A stretch of DNA of 64,000 bases from Spirochaetaceae bacterium (GTDB taxonomy: Bacteria; Spirochaetota; Spirochaetia; DSM-2461): NCBI GenBank assembly GCA_051531975.1, contig JAOPTT010000003.1, forward strand, positions 237,119 through 301,118. The letters run 5' to 3'. How positions within the stretch are numbered: position 1 is the stretch's first letter; each line of letters begins with the position of its first letter. Of this stretch, positions 43,474-54,573 are shown piece by piece. The translations under genes and the position numbers were made by a program. Under the pieces are notes generated by a model, which was given only the letters and a program-made list of their open reading frames with translations, ran no database searches and was not told the DNA's origin.

Positions 43474-43782
43474 TTATGAAATCTCGTAATCTGTATTTAT
43501 TTCATCATCTTCTATACTATCTAATATATTATCTATATCTTCTTCAGAGTTGATTCCGCCATACCATGTGTTCTCAGGATAAACAACCAATGCAGGCCCT
43601 CTATCACAAACCTTTAAGCAACTTGTTAATGACAACATAATATCGTGTAATCCCCTATCATCAATTTCCTCTTGGAGGTATTGAATTAGTGCAACACCCC
43701 CACTTTTATCACAAATCCCCTGAGGTGTTCCATTTGCTCTAAAACTCGCACATAAAAAAATATGTTTTCTTGGTTTTTCCAT
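43474..43782 (-). CDS. Thioredoxin-like [2Fe-2S] ferredoxin (nif-associated)
   Basis: HIFLC...C...CLKVCDRGP.LVVYPE..WY. Confidence 0.9.
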   Translation of the reverse strand: MEKPRKHIFLCASFRANGTPQGICDKSGGVALIQYLQEEIDDRGLHDIMLSLTSCLKVCDRGPALVVYPENTWYGGINSEEDIDNILDSIEDDEINTDYEIS

Positions 43783-43809
43783 AACTATATACTCCTTCTT
43801 TTATGAATT

Positions 43810-45087
43810 TTAATTACAACCACCACCTGAACCACTACACGCGATACCACAATCTTTACTTCTACATGTCATAGGAGCTAGAGATTGACCGCTATATACT
43901 TTATTAACAGCATCGCTTAATAGACCTTCTATCTGGTAAACTTTTAATCCTTTACTCTCCAACACTTTTTTAGGACTATTACCAATACCATTCACGATTA
44001 TTGCCCTACAGTCTGAAAAACAATCAGCTAATGATTCCCACCTAGTTGTATTGCCACCTTTAGAAGGAGTAATTCTCCTCTCTTTAAGTTTAACTTCGTC
44101 ACCAATTTTTTCGTATATTGCTAAGCTACTAGCTTCACCTAAATGTTGATTGACCAAAAATCCTTCTCTTGTTGCAACAGCTACAAATGGCCTATTTTCT
44201 TTAGGAAATATAGACATTGTAGATGCTTGTCGCATTAATCCTTGAAACTTAGTTGGATCTTTATCATCTAACATTCCAGCAGCATCAGCTCTGCAGCGTT
44301 GGCAATGTTTCATTTGAGGAAGATACTCACCAGCCTCTTTTTTAATCTTATACATCATCGAATGGTCTGGTTCTTCAAGATCAGAAAATGCTGTACCTTC
44401 AACAGGAATCATTGGAATGCAATTAAAAATGTCTACACCTCTTTTAGCCATCTCCTTAGCAATTTCTGGAATATGATGATCATTTATTCCTGGTATAACA
44501 ATAGAATTAACTTTTACAGTAATCCCATGATCTTTTAAAGAAGCTATTGCTGCTAGTTGGTTTTCTAATAAAAGAGTTGCAGCTTCTTTACCTCTAAATA
44601 TTCTTTTTCCGACTCTAATCCAACCATAGATCTTCTCCCCAATCTCAGCTTTAATAGCATTGACTGTTATAGTTACGTGGCTAACTCCAATTTCTGCTAA
44701 GTCGTTTACAGAACCTAATAAATTGAGACCATTTGATGAAATACATAACAGTGTATCAGGATGAGATTCTCTAATTAACCTCATGGTATTTAGCGTCGGT
44801 GCAGGGTCTGAAAAGGGGTCTCCAGGGCCTGCAATTCCTGCAACGGAAATAGGTATATCTGCTGAGATCTCATCAAAAAACCATGCTGCTTGACCTGGAG
44901 ATAATATGGAACTAGTAACACCAGGCCTAGACTCATTAACACAGTCATAATCTCTGTTGCAAAAATTACACTGGACATTACATTCAGGAGCAACAGGGAG
45001 ATGCACTCTACCATATGATTTTGCTGCTTCTTTGTTAAAACACGGATGTTTTGACTGTGACCCTAGGCTGTCTTTTTTTAAATTCAT
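43810..45087 (-). CDS. nifB: Radical-SAM FeMo-co biosynthesis protein with C-terminal NifX-like domain
   Basis: HPCF, CNVQCNFC, ESRPG, AGPGDP, HCQRCRADA, VNQHLGEA. Confidence 0.96.
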   Translation of the reverse strand: MNLKKDSLGSQSKHPCFNKEAAKSYGRVHLPVAPECNVQCNFCNRDYDCVNESRPGVTSSILSPGQAAWFFDEISADIPISVAGIAGPGDPFSDPAPTLNTMRLIRESHPDTLLCISSNGLNLLGSVNDLAEIGVSHVTITVNAIKAEIGEKIYGWIRVGKRIFRGKEAATLLLENQLAAIASLKDHGITVKVNSIVIPGINDHHIPEIAKEMAKRGVDIFNCIPMIPVEGTAFSDLEEPDHSMMYKIKKEAGEYLPQMKHCQRCRADAAGMLDDKDPTKFQGLMRQASTMSIFPKENRPFVAVATREGFLVNQHLGEASSLAIYEKIGDEVKLKERRITPSKGGNTTRWESLADCFSDCRAIIVNGIGNSPKKVLESKGLKVYQIEGLLSDAVNKVYSGQSLAPMTCRSKDCGIACSGSGGGCN

Positions 45088-45098
45088 AACTTTCTCCT

Positions 45099-46433
45099 TT
45101 ATTGATACGAGTACCCAACTGGGGATTTATCTTGTTTTATTGTTAATAATGTATTTGTAATTTGATCTAGTAAATTCATTGCACCTGCATAGCCTAAATG
45201 AAGAAATCTTGGTCCTCCAATCCGGTCATGGATTGGGAATCCACACCTAACTAGAGGTATATCTCTAGTTCTCGAAATTCTGTATCCTTTACTGTTACCA
45301 ATTAGAAGATCAACTTTTATATTGTCTAATAGCTTATCTAGGGTCTCAAAATCTACATCTGCTTTTATGAACTCTGGTTTTGAAAATTCTAAACAACTAT
45401 CTATATACTCTTCAAACTTTGGAAATGGCGTTCCACATGCACAAATTACTGGAATAATACCTACTTCATCTAAAAATGAAGCTACACCAGCAACAAAGTC
45501 TGCATCACCATATACAACAGCTCTTTTTCCAAATGTATATTTATGAGAATCTGCATATGCATCAATAAGTCGTGCTCGTTCACTTAAATAATATTCATTG
45601 GTCTTAACTCCACTTCTTTTACATAAAAGCTGAGTTAATTCATCTGTTCCCCTAACACCTATTGGTGGTCTTAGCCCAAAAAAATCTACATTATCATTTA
45701 TTTCTAAAGTTTTACCTGGGTTAATATCATCTCTTAGTAGTGGACTAAAACCTATCGAAGTATTAGCTAAGTGAGCGGCTGCAATGTTTTTTAATGCTGT
45801 TCCTCCAGGGGCTATTGGGACATATTCCCCCCAAACTCCTCCATCTAAAGTTTCTGAATAATCAGGAAGAACCATATAATTTTCAAAATAACTTCCTACT
45901 AATTGTTTTAAATATCGTAGATCAGCTGTAGAGTAAATTGATGGAAAAATATTTATATCTTGAACTTTTATATTATCCCTCTTTTTCTCAGTTACCATAC
46001 TTGTAACTGCAGCATAATATCCGTCTAAATGTGCCCCACCAAATGTTGGGGGTGTAATTGAAATAACTTCTGCATCCACTTCTTTATTACACTCTCTACA
46101 GTATGACTTTATATCATCACCAATGGTCTCAGACAAACATGTTGCCGCTACTGCAATAAACTTCGGATCATATTTTTTTTGAACATTTTCTATAGCCGCT
46201 TTTAAGTTAGTTTTACCACCAAAAATTGCAGATATTTCACTAAAACTTGACGATGCAATATCTAAAGGTTCTTTAAAGTGACTTATCATATATCGTCTTA
46301 TATAAGTGGCACATCCCTGGGAACCGTGCATAATACTCATTGCAGATTCAACACCTTTTATAGCAAGGCTAACCCCTAAAGGAGCGCATACTTTACATGG
46401 ATTTGTTGTTGATACAAAATCTTCTTCTATCAT
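45099..46433 (-). CDS. nifN: FeMo-co scaffold subunit
   Basis: NPCKVCAPLG, HGSQGCATY, GFPIHDR.G; start at ATG 46433 after AAGGA. Confidence 0.92.
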   Translation of the reverse strand: MIEEDFVSTTNPCKVCAPLGVSLAIKGVESAMSIMHGSQGCATYIRRYMISHFKEPLDIASSSFSEISAIFGGKTNLKAAIENVQKKYDPKFIAVAATCLSETIGDDIKSYCRECNKEVDAEVISITPPTFGGAHLDGYYAAVTSMVTEKKRDNIKVQDINIFPSIYSTADLRYLKQLVGSYFENYMVLPDYSETLDGGVWGEYVPIAPGGTALKNIAAAHLANTSIGFSPLLRDDINPGKTLEINDNVDFFGLRPPIGVRGTDELTQLLCKRSGVKTNEYYLSERARLIDAYADSHKYTFGKRAVVYGDADFVAGVASFLDEVGIIPVICACGTPFPKFEEYIDSCLEFSKPEFIKADVDFETLDKLLDNIKVDLLIGNSKGYRISRTRDIPLVRCGFPIHDRIGGPRFLHLGYAGAMNLLDQITNTLLTIKQDKSPVGYSYQ

Positions 46434-46435
46434 AC

Positions 46436-47794
46436 TTAATTCCTTAAACTGCCAATTTTTCTTGGGACAAAACTCCAAACAGGACTCATTACTGAGCTAT
46501 AAACTTCTCTAAAAAAATTAATCATACCTTCGTAACCTGCTAAAGCTATCTTTCTCTCATGATTATGGTCACAAAATCCAATACCGATTTTAAATGCTAT
46601 TGGTCTCTCTTTTACTCCACCAATGAAAAGATCCGCACCTTTTTCTATTACAAAGTCTGAAAGTTCTAAAGGATTTGAATCGTCAACAATAATACAACCG
46701 GGATCTGATAACATTTTAAGCTGTTCATAATCATCTTTGTTTCCAGTTTGAGAACCAGCAACTACAACTGACATTCCTATTAATTTAAGGGCTTTTATTA
46801 GGGAGAAAGCCTTAAATGCACCACCAACATAAACTGCAGCTTTTTTACCTGCTAAAGCTGTTCTATACTTCTCTATTTCAGGCATTATCACACTGATCTC
46901 TTCTCTAACTACTTCTTCAGCCTTCTTTCGAACTTCTGGGTAGTCACCAAAAAAATCCGCAACATCGTAAAGAGCTTTAGACATGTCCTCTATTCCAAAA
47001 TAGGAAACTCTCATAAATGGAATCCCATACTCTTTTTTCATATGTTTTGCTAAATAAGATAAAGAGCCTGAACATTGCACAACATTTAAACTTGCACCGT
47101 GGGATTTACTAATTTTTTTAACTCTACCATCACCAGTTAGAATTGATACAACCTCTATTCCCATACGTTTATAATATTCTTGAATCATCCATGCTTCACC
47201 AGCTAAGTTAAACTCACCTAATATATTGATGCTAAGTTTTGGTACTTTTGAGATATCACCTGTACCTACAATTGTGGCTAACGCATCACATGCAGCTTTA
47301 TACCCATCTTTTTTAGTACCTTTAAATCCCTCTGAATGGACTGGAATTACTGGAATACCTACTTTAGAACCAGCAGTTTTACAAACAGCTGCAATGTCAT
47401 CTCCAATAATTCCAGTTATACATGTAGCGTATACAAATGCCGCTTTAGGATTATACTGTTCTATTAATTTTTCTAGAGCACGGCCTAGTTTTTTCTCGCC
47501 ACCAAAAACTACATCTTTCTCTTTCAAATCCGTAGAGAAACTTAAACGATGCAGTTCTGGACCAGAACTTAAACTACCTCTGATATCCCATGTAAAAGAA
47601 GCACAACCTATAGGCCCATGAACAATATGTAGAGCATCAGCTACTGGATATAAAACCACACGAGATCCACAAAACACACATGCTCTTTGGCTAACAGAAC
47701 CTGCCAAAGATTTTTTCTCACATGTAATTGACCCCTCACTTTCCGATTTTATCCATACCTGATCTTTTCTCTCGTTTAATAATGTTGAACTCAT
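46436..47794 (-). CDS. nifE: FeMo-co scaffold subunit
   Basis: SQRACVFCGSR, HGPIGC, YVGGAFKA, DHNHERK. Confidence 0.95.
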   Translation of the reverse strand: MSSTLLNERKDQVWIKSESEGSITCEKKSLAGSVSQRACVFCGSRVVLYPVADALHIVHGPIGCASFTWDIRGSLSSGPELHRLSFSTDLKEKDVVFGGEKKLGRALEKLIEQYNPKAAFVYATCITGIIGDDIAAVCKTAGSKVGIPVIPVHSEGFKGTKKDGYKAACDALATIVGTGDISKVPKLSINILGEFNLAGEAWMIQEYYKRMGIEVVSILTGDGRVKKISKSHGASLNVVQCSGSLSYLAKHMKKEYGIPFMRVSYFGIEDMSKALYDVADFFGDYPEVRKKAEEVVREEISVIMPEIEKYRTALAGKKAAVYVGGAFKAFSLIKALKLIGMSVVVAGSQTGNKDDYEQLKMLSDPGCIIVDDSNPLELSDFVIEKGADLFIGGVKERPIAFKIGIGFCDHNHERKIALAGYEGMINFFREVYSSVMSPVWSFVPRKIGSLRN

Positions 47795-47823
47795 ATCATT
47801 AACCTCTTCTATGTTAATAACAT

Positions 47824-47839
47824 TGCAATGAGTATGCCA
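47824..47839 (-). promoter_or_regulatory. sigma54 promoter of nifENB-fdx-modABC
   Basis: Minus strand TGGCATACTCATTGCA. Confidence 0.85.
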
Positions 47840-48058
47840 AAAATAAAAAAGTATGGTAAAAAGTAGTAAAAAGGTAATTTTTTACATAGATGTAATAGAT
47901 TAGAGTTTTAAAACAAACATATAGACAAATATGTGAATTCAAGTTTCTGTTTATATATTATTAAAAAAAAGATTAGAACATTAATGTCTACAAGTAGCCG
48001 GTTTATGCCATAAATGTAGTTTAAAGTAATTATAATAATTAAATTCTTTTTATATGTA

Positions 48059-49087
48059 TCACGTATCATAACCCATTTTTATAAGTTCATTTAAATCGTT
48101 ATCGTTAATTTTAACACCCTTTGATCTAGCTTCTTCCAAAGATTTCCACCCTCTCTGCCCGGGATAACGAACCTCTGAAACTCCTGGAACTGGAGTGCTA
48201 TCTAATACCCACGCCATTAAGTCCTCTATTAACATATTGTACTCATCCATATTTCCTAGGGCATCTATATTCAGTGCAAAAACATGGGTATTTTGACCAC
48301 CTACCTTTTCTTTATTAATAGGTTTAGAACCAGCTGCTGCAGTCATGGCCTCTATTAATAGTGCTAAAGATGTACCTCTAAATCCATAGTCAGCACCACC
48401 AAAAGGTAAAATAGTTCCACCGTTTCTTGCCTCATCTGGATTATTACTTGGGTATCCCTCTTTATCCTGATAGATATTGCCAATAGCTTTTACACCATTT
48501 GTAGACATCTGATTAGTCTTTCCCATAGATATTGTAGATGTTGAAAAATCGGCAACAAGTGGTTTTAATCCAGTCTTTTCTCTGTTAAGTGGAAAGCTAA
48601 ACGCCATTGGACTAGTATTTAATTTAGGTTCTTTACCACCAAACATATTAACAAATGCAATATGTGATGTCTGATTCCAAGCCATCATTAAATATCCTTT
48701 TTTTGCCCAATGTGACAGGTGATAACCCATAGTTCCAACCCATCCACCATTAATTAATGAAACAAAACCAAGACCATGATCTTTAGCTAAATAGGCAGCT
48801 CTGTCCATACCCCATAAAATAGGTTCAACATTAGGTGTTTTTGAGCAATCTGCAGTTAGTAGTGCTCCAAACTCATTAATTATTTTAGGAAGGACTATAT
48901 TTTCTGGTGATTTTTTTATATCTCTAATAGTACAATTTAGTGGTGGTAATCCATGTGTATCGACACCAAAACCATGAACTTCAACCTGAGCTGTGGCCAT
49001 TCTATTTGCCCGATCAAATGGTACCCCTAGTTCTACTAATTGTTCTGTATAAAATGTTATTAAATGATTTATCTCTATTTTTTCCAT
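48059..49087 (-). CDS. Ldh_2 family (malate/L-lactate/ureidoglycolate-type) oxidoreductase
   Basis: GVDTHG, NTSPMAF, DFSTS.I..GK, ILPFGG, VRYPG. Confidence 0.8.
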   Translation of the reverse strand: MEKIEINHLITFYTEQLVELGVPFDRANRMATAQVEVHGFGVDTHGLPPLNCTIRDIKKSPENIVLPKIINEFGALLTADCSKTPNVEPILWGMDRAAYLAKDHGLGFVSLINGGWVGTMGYHLSHWAKKGYLMMAWNQTSHIAFVNMFGGKEPKLNTSPMAFSFPLNREKTGLKPLVADFSTSTISMGKTNQMSTNGVKAIGNIYQDKEGYPSNNPDEARNGGTILPFGGADYGFRGTSLALLIEAMTAAAGSKPINKEKVGGQNTHVFALNIDALGNMDEYNMLIEDLMAWVLDSTPVPGVSEVRYPGQRGWKSLEEARSKGVKINDNDLNELIKMGYDT

Positions 49088-49205
49088 ATTTCACGATTAT
49101 ACATAAAAGGACTCTTTTTTAACATATCTTTTTTTACAGTCTATTCATTATCGAATTACTAATATATTGATTTTATACCCTAAATAATCTGGGAGAACAG
49201 AATGT

Positions 49206-49631
49206 CTAATATAGATTAACTTGATCTGGTTTGACTATCCAAATTTCATCATCATGATAGACATTTAAAAATATCTTAGTATAGTTACCAAGTTCATTCA
49301 TATTGTTTAGTCTAATTCTAAGGGTGTCTATTTCTTCAGATCCCCACTTTTTTGCAAACTCAAATAGAGCTTCCCTTGGATTTTTTATTGTTGAACTAAT
49401 TATATAATCAGAAAATTCAAGATTATGCATAATCCAGATTTTACTATCGAGGGACTCCGTAGATCTAGCAAACCATATAGAAATATATGGTGCGGCTAAC
49501 CACTCTAAAAAAATAGTCCCATTAAATCTGACCCTTGTTTCACATAGATAATCTAATACATTTGTAAACTCACTATTTGACCACTCTTCTGATGGGGTTG
49601 GAGGTTTAAACTGTTCATTTTTAGATAACAT
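49206..49631 (-). CDS. Hypothetical protein, DUF4826-like
   Basis: Start at ATG 49631 after AAGGAG; W...F...YL, APYISIW, W.., REAL..FA..W pattern recalled from DUF4826. Confidence 0.6.
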   Translation of the reverse strand: MLSKNEQFKPPTPSEEWSNSEFTNVLDYLCETRVRFNGTIFLEWLAAPYISIWFARSTESLDSKIWIMHNLEFSDYIISSTIKNPREALFEFAKKWGSEEIDTLRIRLNNMNELGNYTKIFLNVYHDDEIWIVKPDQVNLY

Positions 49632-49649
49632 TATTATCTCCTTTAATAT

Positions 49650-49689
49650 AAAAAAGAACAGCCGATAACAGTGAGGAAACCGACTGTCC
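49650..49689 (-). terminator. Terminator after nifK
   Basis: Minus strand GGACAGTCGG...TCGGCTGTTC followed by TTTTTT. Confidence 0.7.
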
Positions 49690-49707
49690 AAAAAAATTAA
49701 GGTTTTT

Positions 49708-51078
49708 TTACATTACCAATTCGAACTTCTCTTCTAAAGATTCTGCATCAATTTTATCCATTAATGCTGATAGAATTTTCTCAAGAAGTCTTATTCCGCC
49801 CTTATATCCAACTATAGGGAAATAACTATGACCAATTCTGTCATAGATTGGGAATCCTAATCTAACAAAAGGAATATTTTCGTCTCTTGCAATATACTTA
49901 CCATAAGTATTTCCTATTAACAGGTCTACTGACTCTTTTTTAATCCACTGATGTAATAAAAACATATCAGCTTGTGGACCATTTTTAACATTTGCTTCTG
50001 GTACAATTTTTGCCATTGAACCGACAAATGTTTTATCTGGTGTCCCTGAAACAATATGTACTGGTTTCATACCAATATCAACTAAAAATTCTGTTAATGG
50101 TAATAACATATCTGGGTCACCATACAGTGCAACTTTTTTACCATAAAAATATTGCTCCATATCGGTTACAATATCTACTAATTGACCACGTTCATCTGAT
50201 AACTCTTCAGATACTGGGCAGCCAGTAGTTTTACTAATTCCCATTAAAAAACGGTCAGTAGCTTTAATCCCTAGAGGAATATCAAAAGTCTCAGTTGGAA
50301 CTTTACATTTTTTCTTTAGCTGAAGACCTGCATCCTCAGAGCATAACTTTCCTAGTGCAAAAGTTTTTTTACTTGACCCTGCACTTTTAAGTTCTGGAAT
50401 AGTTGTTCCACCTTTAGGAAACATAATATGACTTCCAGTTTGTGGAGCATCCATAACCCCAGATGTATCTGGGAAAAGAACATATGGTACTTTCATAGAA
50501 AACATCATTCTTTTAAGCTCTTTCATATCAGAAGGTTCAACCCAACCTGGTAATATGTTTATTTGCTCAGTCTTTTCTTCTGTTAATTCCGGAAAAGTTT
50601 TTGCAATTGCAGCACACATATTGGAGAATCCAGTAACATGGGAACCAACATAACTTGGAGTACTAGCTTGTACAATATATTTCCCCTCTGGAACTTTTCC
50701 ATCAGTAATTGCCTTTTGGGCAATCTGACTAACATCATCACCAATTGTTTCAGATAAACATGTTGTATGAACTGCAATAATATCTGGATCATAAAGATTA
50801 AACATATTCTGGAATGCCTGAATAAGGTTACTCTGACCACCAAATACAGAAGAACCTTCTGTAAAAGATGATGTTCCGGACATAACAGGCTCTTTATAGT
50901 GCCTTGTTAAAGCTGATCTATGGTAAGAACAACAACCCTGGGAACCATGACTATGTGGTAAACATCCGTGTAAACCTAAAGATGCATACATAGCACCTAC
51001 TGGCTGACAAGTTTTTGCAGGGTTTATTGTTAATGCTTTTCTTTCTACTACTTCTTTTGTTGTGTGTCTTAATAACAT
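49708..51078 (-). CDS. nifK: Nitrogenase MoFe protein beta chain
   Basis: NPAKTCQP.G, HGSQGC, TTCLSETIGDD, PSYVGSH (P-cluster ligands). Confidence 0.97.
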   Translation of the reverse strand: MLLRHTTKEVVERKALTINPAKTCQPVGAMYASLGLHGCLPHSHGSQGCCSYHRSALTRHYKEPVMSGTSSFTEGSSVFGGQSNLIQAFQNMFNLYDPDIIAVHTTCLSETIGDDVSQIAQKAITDGKVPEGKYIVQASTPSYVGSHVTGFSNMCAAIAKTFPELTEEKTEQINILPGWVEPSDMKELKRMMFSMKVPYVLFPDTSGVMDAPQTGSHIMFPKGGTTIPELKSAGSSKKTFALGKLCSEDAGLQLKKKCKVPTETFDIPLGIKATDRFLMGISKTTGCPVSEELSDERGQLVDIVTDMEQYFYGKKVALYGDPDMLLPLTEFLVDIGMKPVHIVSGTPDKTFVGSMAKIVPEANVKNGPQADMFLLHQWIKKESVDLLIGNTYGKYIARDENIPFVRLGFPIYDRIGHSYFPIVGYKGGIRLLEKILSALMDKIDAESLEEKFELVM

Positions 51079-51086
51079 AATCCCCC

Positions 51087-52688
51087 CTATACGACCTTAC
51101 CAAATGTTGCTTCCATAGCTCTGTTCTCCCATGGAGCTTTTACTAAGGACCAAACTTTAGTATTAACTAATCGCTCAATATCTTTGTAAAAGTTATATGC
51201 ACCTTCAAAACCTGCATATGGACCACCATAGTCGTAACTATGTAATTGCTTTAAAGGAACACCCATTTTTTGGACAGCATATTTCTCTTTAATACCTGCA
51301 CAAAAAACATCTGGTTTATACATTTCAATAATTTTTTCCATTTCAAAATGACTAAGATCATCAATAACTAAAGCACCTTTTTCCATTTCAACCATAATCC
51401 CACCATAATCACTAAACCCTACACCTTTTGCTTCTAATGCAGCTTTTTTGTCTACTAATTCCTGGGAGTATCTAGTCTCATCTTTTTCAACTTTTAGCTC
51501 TTCAATATTTCTACTATCAGCATCAACCTTAATATTTGGGATAACCCTTCTACCTTCATAATCATCTCTGTGGGCAAACTCATAACCTGCAGCAATTGTC
51601 TCCATGCCTAACTCATTAAAAAGTTCCTGATAATGGTGTGCTCTAGATGCGCCAACAAATAACATAGTTGTTTTGCCCTGGGTATTTGGTTTAATCTTTG
51701 CAAGTTTAATATCTAATTTTACTTTCTCTTCTGCTATAACTTCTTCAATTTTGGCAATTAGATCTTTATCTTCGAAGTACTCACCTAATCGTCTTAAAGA
51801 TTTAGCTGTGGCTTCAGCACCAATAAAGTTTACCTTTAACCAAGGTATTCCATATTTTGTCTCCATCATCTCTGCAACATAGTTAATAGAACGGTGACAC
51901 ATTATTAAGTTTAAATCAGCTGTATGAGAGTTCTCAAAAGCATTAAGAGTTGAGTTCCCACTAAAAGTAGAAACAATCTCAACTCCACATCTTGCAAATA
52001 GCTCATCAATTACAAAACCATCTCCACCTATGTTATATTCACCTAATAAGTTAACTCTAAATTTTGCTTCACTTCTTGTATCATCAAGTCCAACAACATG
52101 CTTAAAAATTTGGTTATTTGCAATGTGGTGACCAGCAGACTGGGATACACCTTTGTATCCTTCACAAGAGAATCCAAAAACATTACAGTCTCCAAACTTC
52201 TCTTTCATCTCCCTAGACGCCGCATGGACATCATCCCCAATTAAACCAACTGGACAAGTAGAGAATACTGCAATAGCTTTTGGATGGAATAGATCGTAAG
52301 CTTCTTGAATAGCTTGCTTTAATAACTCTTCTCCACCAAATACAATATTTTTATCCTGCATATCTGTACTAAAACAGTATGGAATGTAATTTTCAGATGT
52401 TTCTGAATCTGGTCTAGTCTGGTTTCTTCTTGTTAACCATGAGTAGAAACCACAGCCAATTGGGCCATGTGTAATATTTACGATATCCCTAGTAGGGCCT
52501 AAAATAACCCCTTTACAACCAGCATAAGTACACCCTCTTTGGGTAATTACCCCAGGAACAGTTCTAACATTTGCTTGTATTTCTAATTCAGCCTCAGGGT
52601 CGTTAACAACAACACTTTTTGCTCTCTTCCTATATATCTTTTTGGGATACTTTTCCTGCATATATTCGTCTAATTTTTCATAACTCAT
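51087..52688 (-). CDS. nifD: Nitrogenase MoFe protein alpha chain (group II, long insertion type)
   Basis: RGCTYAGC, HGPIGC, GVSQSAGHH, MCHRS (FeMo-co Cys), QLHSYDY (FeMo-co His, Mo-type context). Confidence 0.97.
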   Translation of the reverse strand: MSYEKLDEYMQEKYPKKIYRKRAKSVVVNDPEAELEIQANVRTVPGVITQRGCTYAGCKGVILGPTRDIVNITHGPIGCGFYSWLTRRNQTRPDSETSENYIPYCFSTDMQDKNIVFGGEELLKQAIQEAYDLFHPKAIAVFSTCPVGLIGDDVHAASREMKEKFGDCNVFGFSCEGYKGVSQSAGHHIANNQIFKHVVGLDDTRSEAKFRVNLLGEYNIGGDGFVIDELFARCGVEIVSTFSGNSTLNAFENSHTADLNLIMCHRSINYVAEMMETKYGIPWLKVNFIGAEATAKSLRRLGEYFEDKDLIAKIEEVIAEEKVKLDIKLAKIKPNTQGKTTMLFVGASRAHHYQELFNELGMETIAAGYEFAHRDDYEGRRVIPNIKVDADSRNIEELKVEKDETRYSQELVDKKAALEAKGVGFSDYGGIMVEMEKGALVIDDLSHFEMEKIIEMYKPDVFCAGIKEKYAVQKMGVPLKQLHSYDYGGPYAGFEGAYNFYKDIERLVNTKVWSLVKAPWENRAMEATFGKVV

Positions 52689-52699
52689 ATCTGTCTCCC

Positions 52700-53077
52700 C
52701 TAATCTAATGTAACTTCACCACGTTCCGCGGTTCGTACTCTATATGAATCTTCTATTGGTAAAATAAAAATCTTACCATCACCAGAATTTCCTGTCTGAT
52801 TTGTTTTAATTAAAGTATTAACTGCAAGGTCTACTTTTTCATCGTTTACAATTAGTGTTAATAATCTTTTAGGAACCATTTTAGGCTGATCTCCTAGCTG
52901 AGAAATTGCCTCTGGGTGCCCGTCCTCAGCCCCTTTAATTATTCTATAATCTACAAGTCCTTTACCTCGACCAAATACTCGCCCTGTTGCAGTTAAAGAA
53001 GGAAACCCAGCTTTTGCTAATGCCTTTTTAGTCTCATTTATTTTATTTATTCTAATTATTGCCATTACCTCTTTCAT
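52700..53077 (-). CDS. nifI2: PII-like nitrogenase regulator
   Basis: MKEVMAIIR.NK, GRGKG, GDGKIF; lies between nifH and nifD. Confidence 0.9.
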   Translation of the reverse strand: MKEVMAIIRINKINETKKALAKAGFPSLTATGRVFGRGKGLVDYRIIKGAEDGHPEAISQLGDQPKMVPKRLLTLIVNDEKVDLAVNTLIKTNQTGNSGDGKIFILPIEDSYRVRTAERGEVTLD

Positions 53078-53082
53078 AGAGT

Positions 53083-53406
53083 CTACTCCTCTTTTACACC
53101 TGAACTTATGGTATAAACATCACCTACAGGAGAAACAAAAACTTTACCATCTCCGTAGTTTCCCTCTCCGGTTTTTGCTGCATCTAAAACAGTGTTAATA
53201 ATCAACTCTTTATCTGAATCTTTAACTACTGTCATTAAAAGATCCTTTGGGAGTTCGTCGTATACAATCTCCCCAACTTTTAGCCCGTGTTGCTGACCTC
53301 GTCCAGCTACATTTATCTTAGTTACAGCTGGATACCCAGCATCAAATAGTGCTTTTATTACATCCTGAGACTTCTCAGGTCTTACAATCGATCTAATCAT
53401 TATCAT
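53083..53406 (-). CDS. nifI1: PII-like nitrogenase regulator
   Basis: IVRPEK, GRG.Q.GLK.G...YDELPK, GDGKVFVSPV. Confidence 0.9.
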   Translation of the reverse strand: MIMIRSIVRPEKSQDVIKALFDAGYPAVTKINVAGRGQQHGLKVGEIVYDELPKDLLMTVVKDSDKELIINTVLDAAKTGEGNYGDGKVFVSPVGDVYTISSGVKEE

Positions 53407-53419
53407 TTTTTAGTTCTCC

Positions 53420-54316
<897 letters not shown>

Positions 54317-54573
54317 TCAGTAATATTTATAGTTTTTTACAATTATGTAAATAAATAAAAGCTATTTGAAGGAATGTGACAGTTATGTAAAGCAGGTTGT
54401 TCATACATGTAAATAAGAGTGTATAAGTTTTAACATTTAGGTAGAAAGTTATATAAAGATATGCAAAACAATGTATTACATAAAGTTAATAAAGAATTTA
54501 TATAAAATTCACATCTCATTTACATTTTAATATTACCTTATATGTAATTAGAATTATTAAGGAGAATATAAAA

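Noticed and set aside
47996..48010. TGGCATAAACCGGC on the minus strand as a fifth sigma54 promoter
   Set aside because: GG-to-GC spacing is 9 rather than 10 and the TTGC element is missing
49708..52688. Alternative (V or Fe-only) nitrogenase
   Set aside because: No vnfG/anfG between D and K, the QLHSYDY ligand context is Mo-type, and modABC and nifEN are present
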